32,000 nt of DNA from contig NC_002939.5 in assembly GCF_000007985.2 (NCBI RefSeq), positions 330,001 to 362,000 on the forward strand. The letters run 5' to 3'. Positions 1-7,593 of the stretch are shown here, one piece after another. The notes beneath the pieces were generated by a model. The model worked only from the letters and a program-made list of their open reading frames with translations, searched no databases and was not told where the DNA came from. A program made the position numbers and the translations under genes. Source of the stretch: Geobacter sulfurreducens PCA (GTDB taxonomy: Bacteria > Desulfobacterota > Desulfuromonadia > Geobacterales > Geobacteraceae). The stretch's first letter is position 1. Each line of letters begins with the position of its first letter.

Positions 1-249
1 AAGGATCTGCCGGAAAAGTACACCGGTGTTTCGCTGTCCGCACCGTCCGAAACCCTGGCGCTTCCCGATGCGGGTATCTGTCTCAATACCGTTGTTGAAG
101 AGTTTGAGAACAATCTGATTCTGCAGGCTCTCAAGAAGACCGGCGGCAACAAGAAAGAGGCGGCACTGCTGCTCAATCTGAAACGGACTACCCTGATCGA
201 AAAATTAAAAAAGAGAAAGCTCGATGTAATTTCCACGTCTCTTGCATAG
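1..249 (+). CDS. 3' end of a sigma-54-dependent (NtrC/Fis-type) transcriptional activator, 5'-truncated by the window edge
   Basis: Frame 1 is open from nt 1 to TAG at 247-249. The C-terminal peptide ...EEFENNLILQALKKTGGNKKEAALLLNLKRTTLIEKLKKRKL is the Fis-type HTH that ends bacterial enhancer-binding proteins. Absent from the ORF track because no start codon lies in the window. Confidence 0.6.
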   Translation, partial: KDLPEKYTGVSLSAPSETLALPDAGICLNTVVEEFENNLILQALKKTGGNKKEAALLLNLKRTTLIEKLKKRKLDVISTSLA

Positions 250-257
250 ACGCGGGT

Positions 258-1025
258 ATGTTCATCGACCCGACACAACGCCCCAACCTTCAAACCGACA
301 CTGCAGCCGGGGAGCGCCCCTCCGTCACCGGCGTGGCGGATACCTCGCGCTTTGAGGCCCTTCTTGCCGGGCGAGCCGCGTCACCGGGACGGAAAACCGA
401 CATTAGGGAGACCGCTGCCGCGGCGGCCGAGCTCATGCGCCTCGATATGATGCGAAGCGCCTTCTCCCTGGGAGATACCGCCGGCGAGACGCCCCGGCCC
501 GTCGGGGCCCAGGCCATGGAGTTCATCCTCAAGAGCTTCGCCCAGAACCGTGGCGAAGTGACCGGTGCTGATGCCGCGCAGGCAGAGGTCGGGGCGCCGG
601 CCGATGTGTCCGCCGCCGAGGTCTCGTCGACCGGCCCGCGCGATGCCGGCTGGCTCGAAGATGTCATCCAGCGGGCCTCCCGCCGCTACGGGGTCGAGGT
701 GGGGCTCATCAAGGCGGTCATCAAGGCCGAGAGCAACTTCAACCCCAACGCAGTGTCCCATGCCGGAGCCCAGGGGCTCATGCAGCTCATGCCCGCCACC
801 GCACGGGGCCTCGGGGTTACCGATTCGTTCGATCCAGAACAGAACGTCATGGCCGGCACGCGTTTCCTCAAGGATCTGCTGAAGCGGTACGGAGGCGATA
901 TCGACAAGACCCTGGCCGCATACAATTGGGGCCCCGGCAACGTCGACCGCAAGCCCCATCTGCTCCCTCGTGAGACACGCGACTACCTCGTCAAGGTGAA
1001 GGAATACTACAGCCAGTTCGCCTGA
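258..1025 (+). CDS. SLT-domain lytic murein transglycosylase with a long Ala/Pro/Gly-rich N-terminal region and no obvious signal peptide
   Basis: ATG 258, 255 aa. The C-terminal half has the family-1 SLT signature IKAESNFNPNAVSHAGAQGLMQLMPATARGLGV...AYNWGPGN with the catalytic Glu in AES. The N-terminal ~140 aa has no hydrophobic stretch. Confidence 0.85.
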   Translation: MFIDPTQRPNLQTDTAAGERPSVTGVADTSRFEALLAGRAASPGRKTDIRETAAAAAELMRLDMMRSAFSLGDTAGETPRPVGAQAMEFILKSFAQNRGEVTGADAAQAEVGAPADVSAAEVSSTGPRDAGWLEDVIQRASRRYGVEVGLIKAVIKAESNFNPNAVSHAGAQGLMQLMPATARGLGVTDSFDPEQNVMAGTRFLKDLLKRYGGDIDKTLAAYNWGPGNVDRKPHLLPRETRDYLVKVKEYYSQFA

Positions 1026-1167
1026 GCGTAGCGCTTCCACGCCGTAGCAACAGACCAGCGCTTTCCGGCTGATCCTCTTCTCCTGTTCGGCCCGTCGACA
1101 CTGCAGCGACCCGGCACCCGTGCGTTTCTCTCTGGGGAGGGGCTGTGAGCGCAAGGACGAATACCCC

Positions 1168-3132
1168 ATGCCCCATCGCCTCCACCTGGAACAGTTCGGC
1201 CCCGTCCATGCCCTCCCCGTTCTCCACTATCGCCTGGAGTTCGCACATCTCGTCCGCGAGGCAGTGCGCCGCGTCAAGCCCGACTGCATCGCCATCGAGT
1301 TGCCGTCCACGATCGAGGCGCCGTTCCTGCGGGCAGTGGAGCGCCTGCCCGAGATATCGGTCATCCACTACGAAGGTCGGCAGCGCCGCGATGGCGCCGA
1401 ATCGGTCTACCTCCTGGTGGAACCGGCCGATCCCCTGGTCGAAGGGGCGAGACTGGCCCTGGAGCGGCGGATTCCCCTGCGGCTCGTGGATGTGGACACC
1501 GACTCCTATCCCCGCCATGTGGAAGCGCTTCCCGACTCCTACGCCATTCACCGGATTGGCCTCACCCCCTACTATGAGGAGTACCGGCGTGCGGCCGCCT
1601 CTGTGGCGCCGGGCCGGGAGGATCGGCGGCGCGAGCGGGGAATGGCCTGGCGGCTCCAGGAACTGGCAAAAGAGCATGGCAGCATTCTCTTTGTCTGTGG
1701 CATGTACCATCTGGAGCGGATCAAGGACGATTTCGGGCGGCCCCAGGCCGCTCCCCTGGAGAGGGTGCGGCGCCAGGGGGTGAGGCTGTTCAATCTGCAT
1801 CCCGACTCCTGCCGGGAGATCCTCGACGAGTTTCCCTTTATTTCGGCGGTCCATGAACTGCGTCGTGGTCCTCTGCCGCCTGAACCCGACGATCGCGGCG
1901 AGACGCTCCGCAAGCGATTCAGTGCGTTCGAGCTAATTGTCGGCGGGAGGAAGGACCTCCCGGCGGAGGAGCTTTTGCGCCATGCGGTAGAGCGGGGTGC
2001 CCGGCATGCGGGGCGGGGGGAGGAGTTCCCCGACCGGCAGCGGATCATCTTCCGGCTCTTCCAGGAGGCGGCCCGCCACTACCGGCAGGAGACGGGCGAC
2101 CCGGTCCACCTCTGGCAGAAGCGGGCCTTTTTCCGTTTTGCCCGCAATTATGCCCTTGCCTCGGGCGCACTCCTGCCCGATCTGTTTCAGCTGCTCATGG
2201 CGGCACGGGGGTGTGTGGACGATAACTTCGCCTACGCCCTGTGGCGCCTTGCCACCTTCTACCACTGGCAGCGGGCCGAGGCAGACATCCCGACCATCAG
2301 TATCTCTCCCGAGGAAATCTGGGGCGGGAGCCGCCGCATCCGTTTCCGCCCACGGGAGCGGCGCCGGAAAGGGCTGTCGCATTTGGGCTTTCTCAAGCGC
2401 AAGAAGGAAAAGCGCCCCGGAGAATGGCTCGAAGGATTCACTGACCCGAGCATCTGCTCCTATCCGCCCGAGGATGTGCTGATTGAGGAGTATGGCCGCT
2501 TTCTCAAGAAAAAAGGGGCCATGCAGCTTTCCGAGGAACTCTCCCGTACGGAGCCGTTCACCTCGTCACTTCTGGATGGGATCGATCTGCGGGAAACACT
2601 GCGCAACGTTGCCGACGGGCGGGTCTATGTTCGGGAAAGCCAGCGAGCCAAGGGGGGCGTGGGCTCGGTGGTCGTCATCTTCGACGAAGACCGGGAAAAC
2701 GGTAACTATCCCTACCGCACGACCTGGCTGGGCGAGCACGAGCAGGAATCAGACATGGCCTTCTATGCGACGCCGCCGGAGGACAACATCGTCGGTCCCG
2801 GCATCTGCCGCTGCGAGTACGGCGGGTTTCTTCTCTCCTACCCGCCGCGCCGGATGATGGATGTCTGGCGCGACCCGGACTATGTCTTTGCCCGGTCAAA
2901 GCCGGAGGTGCTTCTCCTGGCCGCTCTCGACTATTCGCCCGAAAAGCATGTGGTCCACGTGGCTGCCCGGCCACCCCGCAGCATCTTCCGGCAGATCGCC
3001 GCACGAATGGGGAAAAAGATTGTCCACATCCCCTTGGGCTCCCTTTCGTCGGTAAAGCTCAAATCCATCCGGGTGCTTCATATCCTGCACGGTCACGACA
3101 AGCGTCAGGTGGCCAAGGACTACATCTGGTGA
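1168..3132 (+). CDS. Large conserved hypothetical protein: TraB/PrgY/GumN-like N-terminal domain fused to a ~450-aa uncharacterised C-terminal region
   Basis: The ORF opens at GTG 1120; the first ATG at 1168 (MPHRLHLEQ...) is preferred. N-terminal motifs VLHYR...VKPDCIAIELP and RERGMAWRLQELAKEHGSILFVCGMYHLERI resemble, from memory, TraB-family signatures (GTxH / PDxVxVEL / ERDxxMA..L....VvGagHl.gI). I recognise nothing in the rest of the protein. Confidence 0.75.
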   Translation: MPHRLHLEQFGPVHALPVLHYRLEFAHLVREAVRRVKPDCIAIELPSTIEAPFLRAVERLPEISVIHYEGRQRRDGAESVYLLVEPADPLVEGARLALERRIPLRLVDVDTDSYPRHVEALPDSYAIHRIGLTPYYEEYRRAAASVAPGREDRRRERGMAWRLQELAKEHGSILFVCGMYHLERIKDDFGRPQAAPLERVRRQGVRLFNLHPDSCREILDEFPFISAVHELRRGPLPPEPDDRGETLRKRFSAFELIVGGRKDLPAEELLRHAVERGARHAGRGEEFPDRQRIIFRLFQEAARHYRQETGDPVHLWQKRAFFRFARNYALASGALLPDLFQLLMAARGCVDDNFAYALWRLATFYHWQRAEADIPTISISPEEIWGGSRRIRFRPRERRRKGLSHLGFLKRKKEKRPGEWLEGFTDPSICSYPPEDVLIEEYGRFLKKKGAMQLSEELSRTEPFTSSLLDGIDLRETLRNVADGRVYVRESQRAKGGVGSVVVIFDEDRENGNYPYRTTWLGEHEQESDMAFYATPPEDNIVGPGICRCEYGGFLLSYPPRRMMDVWRDPDYVFARSKPEVLLLAALDYSPEKHVVHVAARPPRSIFRQIAARMGKKIVHIPLGSLSSVKLKSIRVLHILHGHDKRQVAKDYIW

Positions 3133-3139
3133 CATGTCC

Positions 3140-3167
3140 TTGCCCCTTCGGGGGGGCGGGGTATACT
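3140..3167 (+). promoter_or_regulatory. Candidate sigma-70-type promoter for the heme/HAMP/PAS sensor gene
   Basis: TTGCCC (3140-3145), 16-nt spacer, TATACT (3162-3167). It lies 28 nt upstream of ATG 3195, and the SD GGAGGA is at 3185-3190. Confidence 0.3.
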
Positions 3168-3194
3168 TGAGACAAAATCCGGCCGGAGGACCCG

Positions 3195-4412
3195 ATGTCC
3201 TGGTTTGCCAACCTGAAAATCACCCCAAAATTCATAGTTATTCTTTGTGTCCTGTTTGTAGCTCTCATGGGTGTCAATGCCGTTGACGATTATCTGCGGC
3301 AGGAGTCGTTGATCGTCAAGGATGCCACCGATAATGCCCGTATCCTTGCCCGGCAGATCGTTGAAACCCGGGAATATATGTCTTCGGTGGTCCGGGGCGA
3401 ACCGGAGGCGAACTACAACCTCGTCCCCCAGGTGGTCGCTACCCAGGTGGCCAAGCGGATCACGACCGGCAGCAAGTACTACGTCCGTCAGGTGTCGTTA
3501 CGCTACCGCAATCCCGCCAACCGCCCCGATGCCTATGAAACGGCGATGCTTCAGCGGTTCGGCAGGGAAAAGGCTGCCGAGCAGTGGGAGGTGGTAACGA
3601 TCGACGGCAAACGGGTCTTCCGCTATCTGCTGCCCATGACTGCCGACGCCTCATGTCTCGGTTGCCACGGCCGCTACGAGGAGGCCCCGGCCTTCGTCCA
3701 GGCGCGGTTCCCCAAGGGGCACCCCTCCTATGATTACCAGATCGGCCAACTGATCGGCGCCGTGTCAGTTTCCATTCCCATGGCGGATCTCTATCGCCAG
3801 ATCGGTATCAACCTCAAGCTCGATCTGGCAATCGTCTCGGGCGTAGTCCTCCTCATCCTCGCGGCCATGAGCTTTATGGTCCACCGCTCCATTATCAAGC
3901 CGGTCCGGTCGGTGGCAACCTCCATTGGCAACGTGGCCGCTACGGGGAATTTTTCGGAACGGCTCAGGAGAAGTTCCAACGACGAGGTGGGAGAGCTGGT
4001 GGGAGCGTTCAACGAACTCATGGAGGAGTTGGATCGCACGACGCGTCAACGGCAGGAGTCTGAAGACCGCTACCGCAACGTGCTGGAGATGGCCCAGTCC
4101 GCCATTGTCACCTTTTTGGCCGACGGGAAGCTCATCATTACCAACCGCAAGGCAGAGGACCTGTTCGGCCTTCCCAAGGGAGAGCTGCTGGGTGTCTCCA
4201 TCTACACCTTCATGGAGGAGGGGGATGCGGTAAAGGGCGCCATCGAGACCTATCTGAGGGAAGGGGCGGCAGCCATGATCGGGGAGACGACCCCGCAGCG
4301 GATTCGCAGCATCCGCGGGAATGTGACAACGGTGGAAATGGCCCTCTCGGTGTCCCGGTCGGACCACAACCCCCTCTTTACCGCTATTTTGCGAGAAAAC
4401 GGCCGGTCCTAG
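3195..4412 (+). CDS. Membrane sensor protein: periplasmic c-type-heme (CXXCH) DUF3365/Tll0287-like domain, TM, HAMP and PAS; no output domain
   Basis: N-terminal TM (FIVILCVLFVALMGV); periplasmic region with YRNPANRPDAYETAMLQRF and CLGCH (heme-c motif, nt 3654-3668); second TM (LAIVSGVVLLILAAMSFMV); HAMP (IIKPVRSV...NDEVGELVGAFNELMEEL); PAS (YRNVLEMAQSAIVTFLADGKLIITNRKAEDLFG...). The ORF stops right after the PAS core. Confidence 0.85.
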   Translation: MSWFANLKITPKFIVILCVLFVALMGVNAVDDYLRQESLIVKDATDNARILARQIVETREYMSSVVRGEPEANYNLVPQVVATQVAKRITTGSKYYVRQVSLRYRNPANRPDAYETAMLQRFGREKAAEQWEVVTIDGKRVFRYLLPMTADASCLGCHGRYEEAPAFVQARFPKGHPSYDYQIGQLIGAVSVSIPMADLYRQIGINLKLDLAIVSGVVLLILAAMSFMVHRSIIKPVRSVATSIGNVAATGNFSERLRRSSNDEVGELVGAFNELMEELDRTTRQRQESEDRYRNVLEMAQSAIVTFLADGKLIITNRKAEDLFGLPKGELLGVSIYTFMEEGDAVKGAIETYLREGAAAMIGETTPQRIRSIRGNVTTVEMALSVSRSDHNPLFTAILRENGRS

Positions 4413-7042
4413 TCCCTGGCCAGCCCCTTGGTCACCACGTCGCGGATGTCTCTTGCCAGGGTGGGCTCCCGCGCTATCCGTTCCAGTTCTGTCTTCATCC
4501 GTTCCCTCCGGTTCAGCTCATGACGTCGCCAGCGGGTAAGAGGCTCGGCCATTCTGGCACCGATCATCGGGTTCAGGCTGTTCAGCTTGATCACGTGGTC
4601 CGCCAGCAATCGGTAGCCGCCTCCGGCCCTATCGTGGAACCGGACCGGGTTGTTGACGGCGAAGGAGAGGATGAGAGAACGGGCCCGGTTGGGGTTGGCC
4701 AGGGTGAAGTCGGGATGTTCCAGGAGACGCTGCACCCGGGCGAAGGTGTCCGGCAGGGGAGATGTCGCCTGGATGGCGAACCACTTGTCGATCACGAGAG
4801 GCTCCTCCCGCCACCGGGCATGGAACTCAGCCAAGGCCGTCTCCCCTTCGCTTCCCTCTGTATGGGCCAGAAGCGTCAGGGCGGAGAGGGAGTCGGTCAT
4901 GTTGTCGGCCTCCCTGAACTGACGCAGGCACGCCTGGCGGATCGAAGGGTCATCCAGAGTCATGAGGTAGCCGAGGCAGCAGGCGGCCAGGCTGCGCCGC
5001 CCTGTCTCCGCGGGCTCAAACCGGTAGGGGCCCGTGGGCCGGCACTGATCCCACAGGGCCGATAACTCCCCCCGCAACTGTCGGGCAAGGGCTGTCCTGA
5101 CAAAGCGGCGAGCCTCGAAAATCCCCTCCACCTCGATTTCTTTCATCTGCTCGCCCAGAAGATTTTCCGATGGCAGCGTCAGGGCCTCGGCCAGGAAAGC
5201 CCGGTCATTTCCCCCCGAGGTGAGCAGTGTCCCACATGCTTCGACCAGTGCCGGGGGAAGGCGGAGTTCCTGCCCGGCTCGCCGGTCTGCCACCAATTGC
5301 AAGATGGTTCCCGTCATGAGCCGTTGTCCAGCCTCCCACCGGTTGAAGAGATCACCGTCTTTCCCCATGAGAAGCGCAAGGTCCGCCTCGGTATAAGCAT
5401 AGTGCAGCCTCACGGGGGCGGAAAAGCCCCGAAACAGTGACGGCACCGGCTCTTCGGGAATGCCCCTGAAGCAGAACGTTTCCTCCTGACGACTGAGCTC
5501 CAGAGCCCGTCCCGGCTCCAGGGGAGCCTGCTCTCCATCGAGGTGCACGGACAATTCATTTCCGTTCCGGTCCAGGAGCCCCATGGCCAGGGGGATGAGA
5601 AGCGGTTCCCCGCCGGCAACGCCTTGGCGGATGGTGAGGGTGTACGCCTTGGTGTCTGCATCGTGGCTGCCGGTTACATGGATCTCCGGCGTGCCTGCCT
5701 CCCGGTACCATCTCATGAACTGCGTCAGGTCGCGCCCTGATGCTTCGGCCAGGGCGCTGACCAGGTTCTCCACCGTGGCACCGGTGCCGTCGTGGCGGTC
5801 GAAATAGAGATCCATGCCCCGGCGGAAGGCGTCGTGTCCCACAAGGGTGCGGAGCATGCGGATCAACTCTGCGCCCTTGTTGTAGACCGTGGCGGTGTAG
5901 AGGTTGTTGATGGCGTCGTAGGTCTCGGGCCGGACCGGGTGTGCTAGGGGCCCCGCATCCTCGGGGAACTGGTGGGTCCTGAGATACCGGACGTCCTGGA
6001 TCCGCTTTACCGCCGACGATCCCATGGCGGCTGAGAATTCCTGATCCCGGAAGATGGTGAGTCCTTCCTTGACAGAGAGCTGGAACCAGTCACGACAGGT
6101 GACCCGGTTGCCGCTCCAGTTGTGGAAATATTCGTGGCCGATGACCCCTTCGATGGCGGCATAGTCGGCATCGGTGGCCGTGTCGGGCCGGGCTAGGACG
6201 TAGCGGGAGTTAAAGACATTGAGCCCCTTGTTTTCCATGGCTCCGAAGTTGAAATCGTCCACGGCCACGATCATGTAGAGGTCCAGATCGTACTCCCGGC
6301 CGAATGCCTCCTCGTCCCAGCGCATGGCCTCGGCCAGGGAGCGGACGGCATGGTCGCACTTATCCCGGTTATGGCTCTGGACGTAGATTTGAAGCGCCAC
6401 CCGGCGCCCCGATTTCGTGACAAAGGTATCCTCCACCTTCACCAGGTCTCCGGCCACCAGGGCGAAGAGATAGGACGGCTTGGGGAAGGGGTCGTGCCAG
6501 GTGGCATAATGGCGGCCGTCGGGCAGATCGCCGCTGGCCGCCAGATTGCCGTTGGCCAGCAGTACCGGGCAGGTCGCCCGGTCTGCGGTGATGGTGACGG
6601 TGTAGGCTGCCAGCACGTCGGGGCGGTCCGGGAAATAGGTGATGCGGCGAAAGCCCTCTGCCTCGCACTGGGTGCAGAAGGTGCCGCCGGAGCGGTAGAG
6701 CCCCTCCAGCAGGGTGTTTTCCTGTGGCTTCAGCTCTGTAGAGACAGAGACCGTGCACTGTTCGGGAACGTGATGAATGGTGAGCGTTTCATCGTCCCGG
6801 ACATACTCGTCGGTCGTCAGGGGCTTGCCGTCCAGTGCAATGCACCGCAGCACGAGCCCTCTGCCATCGAGGACCAGAGGACGAATTCCCTTTGTCCGGT
6901 CATGATTGGCGACCACGGAGAGATCTGCCCGCACAAGGGTTACATCGTCGTGCAGGTCAACGGTCAGGTGAACGGATTCAACCCGATAATCGGGCGGGGT
7001 ATAGTCACTGAGGGCTACAGGATGGTTGTGGGGCAGGTGCAT
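4409..7042 (-). CDS. pepN: Aminopeptidase N (M1 family zinc metallopeptidase)
   Basis: 877 aa. GAMEN exopeptidase motif (FNFGAMENKGLN) and zinc site HEYFHNWSGNRVT...WFQLSVKEGLT. SD GGAGGAGG at 7052-7059, 9 nt upstream of ATG 7042-7040. Confidence 0.95.
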   Translation of the reverse strand: MHLPHNHPVALSDYTPPDYRVESVHLTVDLHDDVTLVRADLSVVANHDRTKGIRPLVLDGRGLVLRCIALDGKPLTTDEYVRDDETLTIHHVPEQCTVSVSTELKPQENTLLEGLYRSGGTFCTQCEAEGFRRITYFPDRPDVLAAYTVTITADRATCPVLLANGNLAASGDLPDGRHYATWHDPFPKPSYLFALVAGDLVKVEDTFVTKSGRRVALQIYVQSHNRDKCDHAVRSLAEAMRWDEEAFGREYDLDLYMIVAVDDFNFGAMENKGLNVFNSRYVLARPDTATDADYAAIEGVIGHEYFHNWSGNRVTCRDWFQLSVKEGLTIFRDQEFSAAMGSSAVKRIQDVRYLRTHQFPEDAGPLAHPVRPETYDAINNLYTATVYNKGAELIRMLRTLVGHDAFRRGMDLYFDRHDGTGATVENLVSALAEASGRDLTQFMRWYREAGTPEIHVTGSHDADTKAYTLTIRQGVAGGEPLLIPLAMGLLDRNGNELSVHLDGEQAPLEPGRALELSRQEETFCFRGIPEEPVPSLFRGFSAPVRLHYAYTEADLALLMGKDGDLFNRWEAGQRLMTGTILQLVADRRAGQELRLPPALVEACGTLLTSGGNDRAFLAEALTLPSENLLGEQMKEIEVEGIFEARRFVRTALARQLRGELSALWDQCRPTGPYRFEPAETGRRSLAACCLGYLMTLDDPSIRQACLRQFREADNMTDSLSALTLLAHTEGSEGETALAEFHARWREEPLVIDKWFAIQATSPLPDTFARVQRLLEHPDFTLANPNRARSLILSFAVNNPVRFHDRAGGGYRLLADHVIKLNSLNPMIGARMAEPLTRWRRHELNRRERMKTELERIAREPTLARDIRDVVTKGLARD

Positions 7043-7082
7043 GGGGACTGACCTCCTCCGAGTGGCGGTCTGATGGGTAATG

Positions 7083-7111
7083 AAAAAGGGACCGTGAGTG
7101 CGGTCCCTTTT
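7083..7111 (-). terminator. Intrinsic terminator hairpin (bidirectional type) closing the 6S-like RNA, 40 nt upstream of the pepN start
   Basis: Minus-strand RNA reads AAAA-GGGACCG-CACUCA-CGGUCCC-UUUUU. The stem is 7088-7094 paired with 7101-7107, with a 6-nt loop; the U-tract corresponds to A 7083-7087 on the plus strand. Confidence 0.7.
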
Positions 7112-7116
7112 ATTCT

Positions 7117-7300
7117 AGTCTCTCCACCATGCCGTTGGCTTGTAAGGGCCTCACAGCGAGTTCCTTACAGGTGGCAGGCTCTGTGCCGCTTCAGGCAAAT
7201 CCCACGTACTGGGGCAGCACACCACGGCTTAAAGAGCCCCCAAATGATAGTAAATGTTCCGCTGGGGCGTGTCAGCCTCACGCGCATGGTAGAGAGAATC
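7117..7300 (-). ncRNA. ssrS: 6S RNA-like structured RNA (~180 nt): rod-like fold with a large central bubble
   Basis: 14-bp closing helix UCUCUCUACCAUGC (7297-7284) with GCAUGGUGGAGAGA (7132-7119), including one G-U pair. Inner helices GGCU/AGCC and CAGCG/CGCUG. Asymmetric A/U-rich bubble of 18-19 nt (7259-7242) opposite 14 nt (7172-7159). Helix GGGGCUCU/AGAGCC-ug-CC, then a terminal arm. Own promoter upstream and terminator downstream. Folded by eye only. Confidence 0.55.
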
Positions 7301-7314
7301 TTAATTTTGATTGT

Positions 7315-7343
7315 AGTCTAGCGCCAGCCACGGGATAAATCAA
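7315..7343 (-). promoter_or_regulatory. Candidate sigma-70-type promoter of the 6S-like RNA
   Basis: Minus strand: TTGATT (7343-7338), 17-nt spacer, TAGACT (7320-7315). The predicted start near 7308 is about 10 nt before the closing helix. Confidence 0.45.
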
Positions 7344-7389
7344 GCCCCTTTTTGGGAAGGCTTCAGGATATGGAGGATGGGTGGAATGC

Positions 7390-7418
7390 TTGACCTTTTT
7401 TGCCATATGCTATAGGCT
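7390..7418 (+). promoter_or_regulatory. Candidate sigma-70-type promoter for the hyp operon (divergent from the RNA promoter)
   Basis: TTGACC (7390-7395) followed by TATAGG (7411-7416, 15-nt spacer) or TAGGCT (7413-7418, 17-nt spacer). This would give a ~170-nt leader before hypB. Confidence 0.25.
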
Positions 7419-7593
7419 CGGAGTTAGGCACGAAATGGTGTGTTCTGGCAGTTTTGCACCCTCCTCCGCGCCCCCACCATCGGATTCGCTCCATCAGTAG
7501 ACAGAGACCATCAGGCCGTTTTCCCGGAGCGCCCCTTTTTGACCTCGGGCGCCCGTCCATATGGCCGTAATGAAACAGGAGGCGACCAGCGTC

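Noticed and set aside
231-246. Sigma-54-like element TTCCAC-N5-TTGCA upstream of the SLT gene
   Set aside because: The -12 half is perfect, but the invariant GG of the -24 element is missing (TCC instead of TGG).
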